Assembly: GCF_901733115.1 (NCBI RefSeq)
Contig: NZ_LR595691.1
DNA length: 32,000 nucleotides
Strand: one strand, 5' to 3'
DNA from: Escherichia coli
GTDB lineage: Bacteria; Pseudomonadota; Gammaproteobacteria; Enterobacterales; Enterobacteriaceae
Shown here: positions 1 through 11,730 of the stretch, piece by piece
Position numbering within the stretch: position 1 is the stretch's first letter
How the letters are laid out: every line of letters starts with the position of its first letter
Notes under the pieces: generated by a model
Seen by the model: only the letters and a program-made list of their open reading frames with translations
The model's database searches: none
Told to the model about the DNA's origin: nothing
Made by a program: the position numbers and the translations under genes

Positions 1-766
1 GCTGTCATTTGTTCATGGCGATAAAATCTTTTCTATTATTAACAATCATAAAGATGCCATTAGCCTGCTGATTTTTTCCGTGGTTGGCGCGCTAACTGTA
101 CAGCTCACTTTTTTGCTAACCATCGAAAAATCGAACGCAGCCACGGCAACGGTGCTGCAATTCCTCTCACCGACGATTATCGTCGCCTGGTTCTCACTGG
201 TGCGTAAATCGCGCCCGGGCATTCTGGTTTTCTGCGCTATTTTGACATCGCTGGTCGGGACTTTTTTATTGGTGACACACGGTAATCCGACGTCATTATC
301 GATCTCTCCTGCCGCGTTGTTCTGGGGCATTGCCTCGGCATTTGCTGCTGCATTCTATACCACCTATCCCTCAACGCTAATTGCCCGCTATGGCACGTTA
401 CCAGTCGTCGGCTGGAGTATGCTGATTGGCGGTCTGATTCTGTTGCCTTTTTATGCCAGACAAGGAACAAACTTTGTCGTTAACGGCAGTTTGATTCTGG
501 CGTTTTTTTATTTGGTGGTCATTGGTACGTCCCTGACATTTAGTCTGTACCTGAAAGGAGCACAATTAATTGGCGGTCCAAAAGCCAGCATTTTGAGCTG
601 TGCAGAACCATTAAGTAGCGCGCTACTCTCTTTGCTGTTGCTGGGGATCACGTTCACATTACCGGACTGGCTGGGAACGCTGCTGATTCTGTCATCGGTG
701 ATTTTGATTTCAATGGATTCCCGTCGCCGCGCCAGAAAAATAAATCGTCCGGCGCGGCATGAGTGA
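1..766 (+). CDS. yicL: EamA/DMT-family inner membrane transporter YicL, 3' part (5' end outside window)
   Basis: Open frame from the window edge to TGA at 764-766; hydrophobic multi-TM protein ([24 protein letters not shown]-type EamA repeat end); position next to nlpA. Confidence 0.9.
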   Translation, partial: LSFVHGDKIFSIINNHKDAISLLIFSVVGALTVQLTFLLTIEKSNAATATVLQFLSPTIIVAWFSLVRKSRPGILVFCAILTSLVGTFLLVTHGNPTSLSISPAALFWGIASAFAAAFYTTYPSTLIARYGTLPVVGWSMLIGGLILLPFYARQGTNFVVNGSLILAFFYLVVIGTSLTFSLYLKGAQLIGGPKASILSCAEPLSSALLSLLLLGITFTLPDWLGTLLILSSVILISMDSRRRARKINRPARHE

Positions 767-769
767 GAA

Positions 770-1588
770 TTACCAGCCAGGCACCGCGCCACCGTTAAAA
801 ATGGTTTCTGCCGCTTTAGCGACTTCGGGTGATTGATAAGATTGCAGAAATTCCTTCACGTTTTCTGCATTCTTATTATCTTCCCGTGCCACCAAAATAT
901 TCACATACGGCGAATTCTTATCTTCAATAAATACGCTGTCGTGCACCGGAGAAAGCCCTGTCTGCTGAATGTAAGTGGTACTGATAATCGCTACATCAAC
1001 TTTGGGATCATCCAGTACGCGCGGAAGCTGCGCCCCCTCGAGTTCCATAATCTGCAAATGACGAGGATTATCGGTTATATCCAGCGCGGTAGGTAATAAC
1101 CCTTTTCCCTCTTTCAGAGTAATTAGCTTCTCTTTTTGCAACAGTAAAAGTGCGCGACCAAGGTTGGTCGGGTCGTTGGGGATCGCCACTGTCGCGCCTT
1201 CTTTTATTTGCGCCACGGTTGTGATTTTTTTGGAATAACCCGCCATAGGGAAGACAAACGTATTTCCCACCGCTACCAGTTTATAACCATGCGCCTGATT
1301 ATCTTGTTCAAGAAAGGGTCGATGCTGGAAGACATTCGCATCAAGTTCGCCATGATTTGTCGCATCGTTCGGTAGCAACGAACCGCTAAATCCTACCAGT
1401 TCAACATCGAGGCCATATTTCTCTTTTGCCACCTTTTTAGCGACTTCCGCGACATCTTGTTCTGCGCCATTTATAACGCCAACTTTAATGTGTTTTGCAT
1501 CGCTGCTACTCTGGTCGCAACCTGCCAGCAGAATTCCGGCCAGCAATAATGCGGCCCCTGTCCGTAGATGATGTGTTGTCAGTTTCAT
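770..1588 (-). CDS. nlpA: Lipoprotein-28, MetQ/NlpA family periplasmic-binding-like lipoprotein
   Basis: 272 aa ORF; signal peptide with lipobox LLAGC followed by Asp (+2, inner-membrane retention); NlpA/MetQ family sequence. Confidence 0.97.
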   Translation of the reverse strand: MKLTTHHLRTGAALLLAGILLAGCDQSSSDAKHIKVGVINGAEQDVAEVAKKVAKEKYGLDVELVGFSGSLLPNDATNHGELDANVFQHRPFLEQDNQAHGYKLVAVGNTFVFPMAGYSKKITTVAQIKEGATVAIPNDPTNLGRALLLLQKEKLITLKEGKGLLPTALDITDNPRHLQIMELEGAQLPRVLDDPKVDVAIISTTYIQQTGLSPVHDSVFIEDKNSPYVNILVAREDNKNAENVKEFLQSYQSPEVAKAAETIFNGGAVPGW

Positions 1589-1809
1589 TTTTTTATCCTT
1601 TTATTAATGATTACCTGACTATAGCGGTAAGGTCGCTGCGGTTTAAAAAACGAAACGCTATCGATAAGAATAAAAAGGAATAAAAGTGGAATATAAAGTC
1701 TGGCACTTCTTACTGACCACGCAAGCGCGTTTCGTACAGCATGATGAGAGCGATGAAAGCAAACTACACTTATGCTTCATTCGATACACATTTGTAAAAG
1801 GTTGAATCC

Positions 1810-2103
1810 ATGAAACCAACGACACTACTGCTTATTTTCACTTTTTTCGCTATGCCAGGCATCGTATACGCCGAGTCGCCTTTTAGCTCACTGCAGTCCG
1901 CAAAAGAGAAAACCACGGTATTACAAGATTTACGTAAAATTTGCACGCCACAGGCGTCATTATCAGATGAAGCGTGGGAAAAGTTAATGTTGTCAGATGA
2001 AAACAATAAACAACATATACGCGAGGCCATCGTGGCGATGGAACGTAATAATCAGAGCAATTATTGGGAAGCGTTGGGTAAGGTAGAATGCCCGGATATG
2101 TAA
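1810..2103 (+). CDS. yicS: Small periplasmic protein YicS (signal peptide MKPTTLLLIFTFFAMPGIVYA)
   Basis: 97 aa ORF with a clear signal peptide, divergent from nlpA. Confidence 0.88.
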   Translation: MKPTTLLLIFTFFAMPGIVYAESPFSSLQSAKEKTTVLQDLRKICTPQASLSDEAWEKLMLSDENNKQHIREAIVAMERNNQSNYWEALGKVECPDM

Positions 2104-2143
2104 GAACAGCAACAACTACTGACCAACGCTTCTTTACCTGATA

Positions 2144-3334
2144 TCAGGATTTCTTCATTTTCACCTTTGCAGTAACCAACAATGCAGTCAGCAACATCAA
2201 TGTGCCGGACAACATCAACGGCGAAGTCAGACCAATATTATCCAGCGCATAACCGCCGATTGCCGCGCCACAGGTATTAGCAAGCTGAATAACCGCCACC
2301 TGAATAGACCCGGCTTTTTCTGCCTGATCGGCCAGCGAGCGGGTGATCCACGTTGACCAGCCGACAGGAACCAATGCAAAAGTTAGCCCCCAGATAATCG
2401 CCACGCCGGTAGCAACGATTTTATCGCTTCCCCACAACGTCAGCACCAACGCACTCACAGCCAGTATTAACGGCGCGCCTGCTAAGGCCAGTTTTACCGA
2501 ACGTTTAAGAATGAATGACGAAAGCGACGTACCGATAAAGCTGGCAATGCCAAAACTCAACAGCACCAGCGTTAAGCCATCCACGCTGAATCCCGCCAGG
2601 TTCATATACACCGGGCGAATATATGTGAAGAAAGCAAACTGCCCGGCGAAAGACATGAAGATGGCGATCATCCCTGCCATCACACCCGGACGTTGTAATA
2701 AGCGGAAAGTATTTTGTTTCTGATGCGAGGGTTCGCCTGGCAGTGAAGGCAATGATTTGATAATCCAGAAAATACACAGCACGCCCATCACCGCCGCCGC
2801 ATTAAAGACATTGCGCCAACCGATAAGCTCGCCTAAAAAACTGCCCAACGGCGCGGCAATCACCAGCGCAATAGAAACCGCGCCGAAGATCACCGACAGC
2901 GCCTTCGGCACCGTACGCGGCGGCACCAGACGCATGGTCAGCGACGCCGACATCGCCCAGAACCCGCCCAGCGCCAGCCCCAGACAGGCACGACCGATTA
3001 AAAGCAAACTGAATGAGTTAGCAAAGGAAACCAGCAAGCAGGAGAGCGTCAGCAAAACGGCAAACAAAATAACAACGTAGCGGCGGTCAGTAGCCTGAAT
3101 TGTCTGGGTAATAAACAAACTGGCAAACATTGCCACAAAGGCGGTCACGGTCACCGATTGCCCGGCAACCCCTTCCGAAATGCCTAAATCCTGGGCCATT
3201 GGCGTCAACAAACTGACGGGCAAAAACTCAACGATAATCAGACAGGCGACACAAAACGCCACCGAGAAAACGGCTGACCAGTTCGGTCGGGTGATGGCAT
3301 CCGCGCCGCGGTTTTCGGCAATAAATTCACTCAT
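2144..3334 (-). CDS. nepI: Purine ribonucleoside efflux pump NepI (MFS)
   Basis: 396 aa from ATG at 3334 ([19 protein letters not shown]...); 12-TM MFS signature. The ORF track start at 3499 runs upstream through REP-like DNA, so the internal start is preferred. Confidence 0.94.
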   Translation of the reverse strand: MSEFIAENRGADAITRPNWSAVFSVAFCVACLIIVEFLPVSLLTPMAQDLGISEGVAGQSVTVTAFVAMFASLFITQTIQATDRRYVVILFAVLLTLSCLLVSFANSFSLLLIGRACLGLALGGFWAMSASLTMRLVPPRTVPKALSVIFGAVSIALVIAAPLGSFLGELIGWRNVFNAAAVMGVLCIFWIIKSLPSLPGEPSHQKQNTFRLLQRPGVMAGMIAIFMSFAGQFAFFTYIRPVYMNLAGFSVDGLTLVLLSFGIASFIGTSLSSFILKRSVKLALAGAPLILAVSALVLTLWGSDKIVATGVAIIWGLTFALVPVGWSTWITRSLADQAEKAGSIQVAVIQLANTCGAAIGGYALDNIGLTSPLMLSGTLMLLTALLVTAKVKMKKS

Positions 3335-3469
3335 GGTGTTACCCGTGGCATGTTTCAGGGGAAAAGCCGACCACTTTAACATTGAAATGTGTGACGCATT
3401 TAACGTTTTTGCAACTTTTACGGTGTTGCTTGAGCTGGAGTTAAGATCGAAACGGAACAGGGCAAAGAT

Positions 3470-3537
3470 TACCGGATGCGGCGTGAACGTCTTATCCACC
3501 CGACAGGTCAGGCGCGGTCTGTAGGCTGATAAGACGA
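3470..3537. repeat. REP/BIME-type repetitive extragenic palindromes between nepI and yicN
   Basis: ACCGGATGCGGCGTGAACGTCTTATCC resembles the REP consensus (GCCGGATGCGGCGTGAACGCCTTATCCGGCC). A second inverted copy reads GTAGGCTGATAAGACG (3521-3536). CGTCTTATC (3488-3496) is the exact inverse of GATAAGACG (3528-3536). Confidence 0.8.
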
Positions 3538-3544
3538 AACGGTT

Positions 3545-3997
3545 TCAATGCAACCAGTGAACGCCCTCGGCAGGCTGAAAGAACGCGTTATAGCGCATCT
3601 GAAAAGCATTAATATCCTGCATTTCAGGTTCGGTTTCGCGCAGAAAACCTAGCGCCAGCCTGACCTGAGCGTCGGTAATCGGCGCGGCGAGGCGAGCTTT
3701 TTGTAAAATCCGATGCCATTGCAGCAGGTTCTGTTCGCTACCATCGACAATGACAATTTGCCAGATGAGCAACACCTGCGCGGCGTTTTGCAGGTGCGAC
3801 TCATCCGGACGATGCAAATAACGTAAAAATTCGTCACCAGCTGACTTTCCCATTTGATCGACCATCGACTCCACGGGTATGACATCGATATTCAGCCGAT
3901 CGCTGAGACGGCGAATCGCTTTTCTGGCCCCGGATGTCAGCACCCGAAAACCAACCACAAACACCACTGCCAGCGTGGCGAGCATTATCCAGATCAT
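3545..3997 (-). CDS. yicN: Uncharacterised YicN, one N-terminal TM segment
   Basis: 150 aa from MIWIMLATLAVVFVVG...; the longer track start (4024) is less likely. Confidence 0.88.
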   Translation of the reverse strand: MIWIMLATLAVVFVVGFRVLTSGARKAIRRLSDRLNIDVIPVESMVDQMGKSAGDEFLRYLHRPDESHLQNAAQVLLIWQIVIVDGSEQNLLQWHRILQKARLAAPITDAQVRLALGFLRETEPEMQDINAFQMRYNAFFQPAEGVHWLH

Positions 3998-4049
3998 GAG
4001 TTCTCCTGCGTAATCAGAACTCATGATATCTGGAAACCCTCGCCAGTTA

Positions 4050-5384
4050 CTAATCCACCAGAATAATCTTCAGTGCAAACAGAGCTGCGACCACCACCAC
4101 ACACAGGTTCAGATCGCGCCAGCGCCCGGTGCACACTTTCATGATGCAGTACGACATAAAGCCGAGTGCAATCCCTTCGGTGATCGAGAAAGTAAAGGGC
4201 ATCATCACCGTGGTAATAAACGCAGGCACCGATTCGGTAAAATCATCCCAGTTAACGCGCGCCAGGCTCGAAGTCATCAGCACGCCAACAAAGATTAACG
4301 CTCCGGCGGTTGCGTAAGGAGGAACCATCGCCACCAGCGGTGAGAAGAACATAACCAACAGGAACATAACGCCAACCACAACCGCAGTCAGCCCCGTGCG
4401 GCCACCGACTGCCACACCAGAAGTACTTTCAATATAGGCAGTAACAGACGAGGTGCCGATAAACGCACCCGCCACCGAACTGACGCTATCAACATACAGC
4501 GCCTTATTCATATTGGGGAATTTACCGTTACCATCTATTAAGCCCGCTTTATCAGTTACACCAATTAATGTTCCTGATGAATCAAATAGGTTGATCAGCA
4601 TAAAGGAGAAAATGATACCGGCGAGTTCAAGTGTTAACGCGCCGCTCAAATCTACTTCACCAATGACGCCGCTAATATCAGGCGGAATGGAATAGACGCC
4701 GCTAAAATGAACATCACCGAAAAATAATCCACAGCAAGACGTCACCACAATAGAAACCAGCACCGCGGCATGAAAATGACGTGATGACAACACGGTTATA
4801 ATAAAAAACCCTAAAATACCTAACAACACGCCGTGAGAACTTAAATCGCCAATCATCACCAGCGTGTCTTTATTGGCGACAATAACGCCAGTATTTTTTA
4901 ATCCCATTAAGGCGATAAATAATCCAATTCCGCTGGTGATACCAATACGTAAACTTAAGGGAATGTTGGAGATCATCCAGTACCGGATACGAAACAGCGT
5001 GAGCAAAAATAGTCCAACTGCGCCCCAGAATATTGCGCCCATCCCGGTCTGCCAGGAGATGCCCATCGCCCCCACGACCACGAAGGCAAAGAAGGCGTTC
5101 AGCCCCATTGCCGGAGCCAGCGCCACGGGTAAGTTAGCAAATATCCCCATCGCAATACTGCCGATACCGGCAATCAAACAGGTGGTAACAAACACCACTT
5201 TCGGGTCCATTTGTGCCGCGCCGAGGATTTGCGGGTTCACAAAAACGATGTACACCATGGTTAAAAAAGTGGTCATCCCCGCAATCAATTCTGTGCGGAC
5301 GGTGGTCCCATGCTGAGGTAGTTTAAATAATCGCGAAAGCGTCCCTGATTCATTACTCACGTAATCGGTATTGTCATTATTCAT
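4050..5384 (-). CDS. adeP: Adenine permease, NCS2/AzgA-type
   Basis: 444 aa from MNNDNTDYVSNESG...; AzgA-like sequence (AGMTTFLTMVYIVFVNPQIL, APAMGLNAFFAF); divergent from adenine deaminase. Confidence 0.95.
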   Translation of the reverse strand: MNNDNTDYVSNESGTLSRLFKLPQHGTTVRTELIAGMTTFLTMVYIVFVNPQILGAAQMDPKVVFVTTCLIAGIGSIAMGIFANLPVALAPAMGLNAFFAFVVVGAMGISWQTGMGAIFWGAVGLFLLTLFRIRYWMISNIPLSLRIGITSGIGLFIALMGLKNTGVIVANKDTLVMIGDLSSHGVLLGILGFFIITVLSSRHFHAAVLVSIVVTSCCGLFFGDVHFSGVYSIPPDISGVIGEVDLSGALTLELAGIIFSFMLINLFDSSGTLIGVTDKAGLIDGNGKFPNMNKALYVDSVSSVAGAFIGTSSVTAYIESTSGVAVGGRTGLTAVVVGVMFLLVMFFSPLVAMVPPYATAGALIFVGVLMTSSLARVNWDDFTESVPAFITTVMMPFTFSITEGIALGFMSYCIMKVCTGRWRDLNLCVVVVAALFALKIILVD

Positions 5385-5558
5385 TTTTTTGTCCATTGGA
5401 GGAGATTTAATCCCTTGCTTTTGTAAAACAAATGACAACAACGGTTCAGTGATAATTATCACATTTCAATTGCACATTAATGGATATTCTTTAATAATCT
5501 CGCGACGTTTCTTTATGATAAATAATAATCAAATTGATAAAATCAAAATGAGAAAAAT

Positions 5559-7325
5559 ATGAATAATTCTATTAACCATAAATTTCATCACATTAGCCGG
5601 GCTGAATACCAGGAATTGTTAGCCGTTTCCCGTGGCGACGCTGTTGCCGATTATATTATTGATAATGTCTCTATTCTCGACCTGATCAATGGCGGAGAAA
5701 TTTCCGGCCCAATTGTGATTAAAGGACGTTACATTGCCGGTGTTGGCGCAGAATACGCTGATGCTCCGGCTTTGCAGCGGATTGATGCTCGCGGCGCAAC
5801 GGCGGTGCCAGGGTTTATTGATGCTCACCTGCATATTGAATCCAGCATGATGACGCCGGTCACTTTTGAAACCGCTACCCTGCCGCGCGGCCTGACGACC
5901 GTTATTTGCGACCCTCATGAAATCGTCAACGTGATGGGAGAAGCCGGATTCGCCTGGTTTGCCCGCTGTGCCGAACAGGCAAGGCAAAACCAGTACTTAC
6001 AGGTCAGCTCTTGCGTACCCGCCCTGGAAGGCTGCGATGTTAACGGTGCCAGTTTTACCCTTGAACAGATGCTCGCCTGGCGGGACCATCCGCAGGTTAC
6101 CGGCCTTGCAGAAATGATGGACTACCCTGGCGTAATTAGCGGGCAGAATGCGCTGCTCGATAAACTGGATGCATTTCGCCACCTGACGCTGGACGGTCAC
6201 TGCCCGGGTTTGGGTGGTAAAGAACTTAACGCCTATATTACTGCGGGTATTGAAAACTGCCACGAAAGTTATCAGCTGGAAGAAGGACGCCGGAAATTAC
6301 AACTCGGCATGTCGTTGATGATCCGCGAAGGGTCCGCTGCCCGCAATCTCAACGCGCTGGCACCGTTGATCAACGAATTTAACAGCCCGCAATGCATGCT
6401 CTGTACCGATGACCGTAACCCGTGGGAGATCGCCCATGAAGGACACATCGATGCCTTAATTCGCCGCCTGATCGAACAACACAATGTGCCGCTGCATGTG
6501 GCATATCGCGTCGCCAGCTGGTCGACGGCGCGCCACTTTGGTCTGAATCACCTCGGCTTACTGGCACCCGGCAAGCAGGCCGATATCGTCCTGTTGAGCG
6601 ATGCGCGTAAGGTCACGGTGCAGCAGGTACTAGTGAAAGGCGAGCCGATTGATGCGCAAACCTTACAGGCGGAAGAGTCGGCGAGACTGGCACAATCCGC
6701 TCCGCCATATGGCAACACCATTGCCCGCCAGCCAGTTTCCGCCAGCGACTTTGCCCTGCAATTTACGCCCGGAAAACGCTATCGGGTCATTGACGTCATC
6801 CATAACGAATTGATTACGCACTCCCACTCCAGCGTCTACAGCGAAAATGGTTTTGATCGCGATGATGTGAGCTTTATTGCCGTACTTGAGCGTTACGGGC
6901 AACGGCTGGCTCCGGCTTGTGGTTTGCTTGGCGGCTTTGGACTGAATGAAGGTGCGCTGGCTGCGACGGTCAGCCATGACAGCCATAATATTGTGGTGAT
7001 CGGTCGCAGTGCCGAAGAGATGGCGCTGGCGGTCAATCAGGTGATTCAGGATGGCGGCGGGCTGTGCGTGGTACGTAACGGCCAGGTCCAAAGTCATCTG
7101 CCGTTGCCCATTGCCGGCCTGATGAGCACCGACACGGCGCAGTCGCTGGCGGAACAGATTGACGCCTTGAAAGCCGCCGCCCGTGAATGCGGTCCGTTAC
7201 CCGATGAGCCGTTTATTCAGATGGCGTTTCTTTCTCTGCCAGTGATCCCCGCGCTAAAACTAACCAGTCAGGGGCTATTTGATGGCGAGAAGTTTGCCTT
7301 CACTACGCTGGAAGTCACGGAATAA
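5559..7325 (+). CDS. adeD: Adenine deaminase
   Basis: 588 aa, amidohydrolase motif [13 protein letters not shown] and adenine deaminase C-terminal domain. Confidence 0.97.
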   Translation: MNNSINHKFHHISRAEYQELLAVSRGDAVADYIIDNVSILDLINGGEISGPIVIKGRYIAGVGAEYADAPALQRIDARGATAVPGFIDAHLHIESSMMTPVTFETATLPRGLTTVICDPHEIVNVMGEAGFAWFARCAEQARQNQYLQVSSCVPALEGCDVNGASFTLEQMLAWRDHPQVTGLAEMMDYPGVISGQNALLDKLDAFRHLTLDGHCPGLGGKELNAYITAGIENCHESYQLEEGRRKLQLGMSLMIREGSAARNLNALAPLINEFNSPQCMLCTDDRNPWEIAHEGHIDALIRRLIEQHNVPLHVAYRVASWSTARHFGLNHLGLLAPGKQADIVLLSDARKVTVQQVLVKGEPIDAQTLQAEESARLAQSAPPYGNTIARQPVSASDFALQFTPGKRYRVIDVIHNELITHSHSSVYSENGFDRDDVSFIAVLERYGQRLAPACGLLGGFGLNEGALAATVSHDSHNIVVIGRSAEEMALAVNQVIQDGGGLCVVRNGQVQSHLPLPIAGLMSTDTAQSLAEQIDALKAAARECGPLPDEPFIQMAFLSLPVIPALKLTSQGLFDGEKFAFTTLEVTE

Positions 7326-7351
7326 TAAAAAAGCCCGGCGTCATGCCGGGC
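7325..7351 (-). terminator. Rho-independent terminator for uhpT
   Basis: Minus strand GCCCGGC-atgac-GCCGGGC followed by TTTTTTATTATT. The + strand tail of adeD shares the hairpin but lacks a strong U-tract. Confidence 0.85.
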
Positions 7352-7369
7352 AAAAGTCACCAGTTACGT

Positions 7370-8761
7370 TTATGCCACTGTCAACTGCTGAATTTTTTTC
7401 TCGCGGCGGATTTTGCGTTCTTCCATCACCGCCACTATCGCCATCAGGCAGATACAACCAATCGCGGCGATATCAAGTGCGGCGAATGTGCCTGCCCAGC
7501 CGGTAAGGCCGAATACCGGCGTCCCATCGGCAATCATTCCCAGACCTAACTTGGCAAAGCTGTCACCAATCAGGTAAGCAAAGGTGCCTTTAATACCATC
7601 GGCAGCGCCAATCGCTTTTTTAGGTACAAAGCCAACAGCAGCCACACCAATCAACAATTGCGGGCCAAAGACCAGGAAACCCAACGCAAAGAGAGAAGCC
7701 AGATAGATATATTCGTTGCTGGCATGTTGATACACACCGAGCGTGGCGATAATCAGCGCCAGCGCGATGCAGGCCACCAGGCCACGGCGACCGTTCGCCA
7801 GGTCAGAGAGCCAGCCCCACAGCAGCGTACCGACCAGCGCACCAGCTTCAAACAGCGTAAAGCCCTGAATCGCCACCGCTTTAGAGAGTTTCAGTTCCTG
7901 GAACGCGTATACGGTTGACCACTGGTCGATACCAATACGTACCACATAGAGGAAAATGTTGGCGAAGCACAGCAGCCAGATCACTTTGTTTTTCAGCACA
8001 TACTCAACAAAGATCTGCCACTTGGTCATATCGGTAGATTCTGTCTCTTTGTCCTCTTCGCTGATCTCCTCGCCGAACAGTTCTTCAGCTTTGCCGAGGC
8101 CATAAGATTCCGGGGAGTCGCTACCGTAACGCAGGCCGATAAAACCGACAATCAGCGCGATAATCGACGGGAAGATAAACATGCCGATGACATGGCCATC
8201 GAACAGGTAATTTGCCCCGAACAGCGCCACACCTGCTGCGCCTGCACCGCCAAGGTTGTGAGAAATATTCCAGAAACCGAGGAATGTCCCGCGTTTACGA
8301 CGCGGCGTCCATTTGGTGATGGTGGAGTAACTGCACGAACCGCCGGTACTCTGGAAAAAGCCGCTTAAGGCGTAGAAGGCAATCATCAGGAACAGGCTAA
8401 CCGAGCCGCTGCCCATACTGGCACTGAAGCCCAGCATACAAATGGCAGACAGGATAAGCATAAACGGCAGGAATTGTTTGGTGTTTTTGCCGTCGGCGTA
8501 GTAGGAAACCAGCGTTTTACCCACGCCATAAGTGATGGAGAAACCCAGGCCGATCATCCCCAGCTGCGTCATGCTCAACCCGTAGGTCGAAATCATGTCG
8601 TTCTGCGCGATGTTAAAGTTCTTGCGAATCAGGTACATCGTCAGGTAGCCGATAAAGACCACCAGGTAGGATTGCATGAACGGTTTGAACCACATTTTGC
8701 GCCGCACTTCGAGCGGAAGGTCCAGGGTCGGCTTGCGAACCTGGTTTAAGAAAGCCAGCAT
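7370..8761 (-). CDS. uhpT: Hexose-6-phosphate:phosphate antiporter
   Basis: 463 aa MFS organophosphate:Pi antiporter sequence; adjacent to uhpCBA. Confidence 0.98.
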
Positions 8762-8836
8762 GGGTTACTCCTGAAATGAATACCTGCGTGAGGCATGCAT
8801 TGTAAAAATCAGCAGCAAATCAGGCCTGAGATAGCG

Positions 8837-8853
8837 TCCAGGCAAAACCTGGA
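8837..8853. promoter_or_regulatory. Palindrome in the uhpT upstream region, candidate UhpA-binding element
   Basis: TCCAGG-caaaa-CCTGGA (6-bp arms), located about 76-92 bp upstream of the uhpT ATG. Confidence 0.45.
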
Positions 8854-8898
8854 AAATTTCTTAGTTTTGCCGGATATGAAGTGAAAAGGTGAGATGCA

Positions 8899-10218
8899 TC
8901 ACGCTTCGCGCGGTGTCTGGGCGTTCAAAAAGGGCAGTAACAGCAGTGCGGAAATCCCGGCGGCGATAGAGATAACCACAAAAAATCCGCTCCAGTGCCA
9001 GGTATCGAGTACTTTCGCCAGCGGCCAACCAGCAAGCGACGCCCCCAGATAAGCAAACAAGCCGACAAACCCCGTCGCCGCCCCTGCCGCCTCTTTGTGG
9101 GAACACTCTGCCGCCGCCATACCGATTAACATCTGTGGGCCAAAGACAAAAAAACCAATGGTGAAGAAGCAGGTTGCCTGCATCACGTAGCTGGCAAATG
9201 GCATCAGCCACAGGGAGCCGACTGAAAGCAAAATTCCGGCGGCGAAAATCAAATTCATCGGCCCTCGGTTGCCGTTAAACAATTTGTCCGAGCCCCAACC
9301 CGCTACCAGCGCACCGATAAATCCACCCAGTTCAAACATCGTCACTGCCGTATTCGCCGTGACCAGATCGACGCCCAGCGTCTCGGACATATACAAATTG
9401 CCCCAGTCGTTGATCGCCGCCCGGACCACATAGACCAGCACATAGCAAAACGAAAGCAGCCAGATATACGGATTCAGCAACACATATTTGGTGAGGATCT
9501 CTTTACGCGTCAGCCCTGCCCCTTCTTGTTGTTGAGCTATCTCCAGCGCGTCGTGTCGCCATTCACCGACCGCCGGTAAACCTAACGCCTGCGGGCGATC
9601 GCGCAGCCGCCAGCAGAGAAAAATTCCCACGACGATCGCCATACAACCAGCAATCATCATCCCGGCACGCCAGCCGTAATGTAGTGCAGCCGCTGCCATC
9701 ACAATGGGAATGAGTGCGCCGCCGACGTTATGCGCCGTGTTCCATAATGCCCACCAACCGCCGCGCTCGGTACGTGAATACCAGGCCGTTAACAGACGCG
9801 CACACACCGGTGAACCCCAGCCCTGGAAAAAGGCGTTCAGCACCCAGAGCACGGCAAACGCCCATAGCGACGTCGAGAAGCCAAACAGAATGTTGATAAT
9901 GCCCGTGGCGATAAGCCCTATCCCCATAAAATAACGGGCATTTGAGCGATCGCTGACAATGCCGGAGACAAACTTCGACACGCCATAGGTAATGTAAAAC
10001 AGGGTCGCTAACAGGCCGATATCGCTACGGCTGAGCACGCCGTTAGCAAGGATTTCTGGTACGGCGGCGTTAAAACTTTTCCGCGTGAAGTAAAACAGCG
10101 CATAACCCAGCCAGATGGTCAGCAGAATATGCCGACGCCAGTAGCGATAGCGGGCATCAATTTCATATTTATCAGTCATTAATGGCGCATCGGCAGGCGC
10201 TTTCAGAAACGGCAACAT
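8899..10218 (-). CDS. uhpC: Inner membrane sensor protein for hexose-phosphate induction (UhpC, MFS fold)
   Basis: 439 aa from MLPFLKAPADAPLMTDKYE; paralogous to UhpT. Confidence 0.97.
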   Translation of the reverse strand: MLPFLKAPADAPLMTDKYEIDARYRYWRRHILLTIWLGYALFYFTRKSFNAAVPEILANGVLSRSDIGLLATLFYITYGVSKFVSGIVSDRSNARYFMGIGLIATGIINILFGFSTSLWAFAVLWVLNAFFQGWGSPVCARLLTAWYSRTERGGWWALWNTAHNVGGALIPIVMAAAALHYGWRAGMMIAGCMAIVVGIFLCWRLRDRPQALGLPAVGEWRHDALEIAQQQEGAGLTRKEILTKYVLLNPYIWLLSFCYVLVYVVRAAINDWGNLYMSETLGVDLVTANTAVTMFELGGFIGALVAGWGSDKLFNGNRGPMNLIFAAGILLSVGSLWLMPFASYVMQATCFFTIGFFVFGPQMLIGMAAAECSHKEAAGAATGFVGLFAYLGASLAGWPLAKVLDTWHWSGFFVVISIAAGISALLLLPFLNAQTPREA

Positions 10219-10227
10219 CATCAAACC

Positions 10228-11730
10228 TTAGACATAGCGTTGAGGTAGAGAAACGCTGACACGCGTGCCGTGCAGACAGGAAATGTGTAATGTGCCACCC
10301 AGCGCCGTTACGCGCTCGCGCATTCCGGTGAGGCCAAAACCTTGTTGCCCGGAACCCGGCGGCAAACCGCTGCCATCGTCTTCAATAACCAGCATCAACC
10401 GTTCATCCTGCTGCCAGCCTTGCAGCGTGACCGCGCTGGCATCAGCATGTTTCACAATGTTGTTCAGCCCTTCCTGGCAGACACGAAACAGCGTCACGCG
10501 CTGGTTTTCACTTAATGCTGATTCATCGATTCGCCATTCGAGATGGCTGACAATACCGCGCCCTTCCAGCTCCATTTCCCGCATCAGTGAGCGGATGGCC
10601 TGCTCCAGGGTGAGATCATCCAACTGGCGCGGACGTAACCGACCCAACAAACGGCGCACCGCGTCGTAAACGCCCAGCGATAGTTGTTCGATGAGCTGCC
10701 CGCTCTGCTTCACGCTGGCGTTATCTGCCGCCAGCCGCTGAACAATGCCCGCCTGAGTACGAATAGCAGTGATGGTCTGACCGATATCATCATGCAGCTC
10801 ACGCGCCACATCACGGCGCACGCTCTCTTCGGTTTCCAGCAACCGTTCAGCCAGATGCTGATTGCGCGCCAGTTCCTTTTGCAGCGACTGGTTAAGTTCA
10901 CGCAACCGCTGGATGCCAGCGCCAAGCAACAACCCTGTCAGACTTTGCACCAGCAGCGAGAGCAATAAATCCACCGGATGATCGCGCCAGGTTTGACTGG
11001 CGATCAGCGCGATGGCGTTCATCAACGTCGCAATCAGCGCCCCTTGCCAACCATAGTGCCAGGCCAGCGCGATAATCGGCAGCGCCAGACAGAATGGCGT
11101 AAAGCGCGACAGTTCGTCCGGCAATCCCAACTGGAGCCAGAGACTGATAACAAACAGCAGCAAGTACCAGACCAGATGTCGCCCGCGCCAGTTGATTGGC
11201 TGAGAAACCAGTGACGGGCCGAGCGGCAGCCAGGTGTTATTGGCGAGATAGTGCCAGAACACCAGACATATCGGGGCCAGCGTCAGGCCGCCAGTTAAAG
11301 TCAGCAACAGCGCATTCCACGACTCTTTGCCGTGCCAAAGCCAGGGCAGCGACTGCAACAACGCCGCCGCCGTTAACGCCGCCCCCTGTAACAGCAAGGT
11401 GCGCCAGTCACGCTGATGGCGATAGCGCGAGATCAGCGCTACGGGCAGTAACGTCAGTAAACTACCGATCATCAATAACGGAAAATGGGTTAAACCGACC
11501 GCCTGCGTTAGCCAGTAAATCAGCAGCCACTCCGCACCCAGCAATACGGGCCAGTATCCGCGCGGGCATTGCAGCATTAGCCCCAGACGCAGACCAAACG
11601 GAAATAACAGCACCGCCATATCAGGGCGCTCAACCAGATGCAGGCTGATACTCCACAGGCAAAACCATGCGGCAGAGAAGATAAAAAAGCAGGCAATAAC
11701 GGTAATTAAGCGGGAGAACAACGTCTTCAT
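10228..11730 (-). CDS. uhpB: Sensor histidine kinase UhpB
   Basis: 500 aa; N-terminal MASE1-like membrane domain, H-box [17 protein letters not shown], HATPase motifs EDDGSG and [11 protein letters not shown]. Confidence 0.97.

Noticed and set aside
2343-5316. Plus-strand ORFs (for example 2343..2723, 2757..3080, 4864..5316) opposite nepI and adeP
   Set aside because: Pro/Ile/Ser-rich shadow ORFs of membrane-protein genes; no recognisable protein features.
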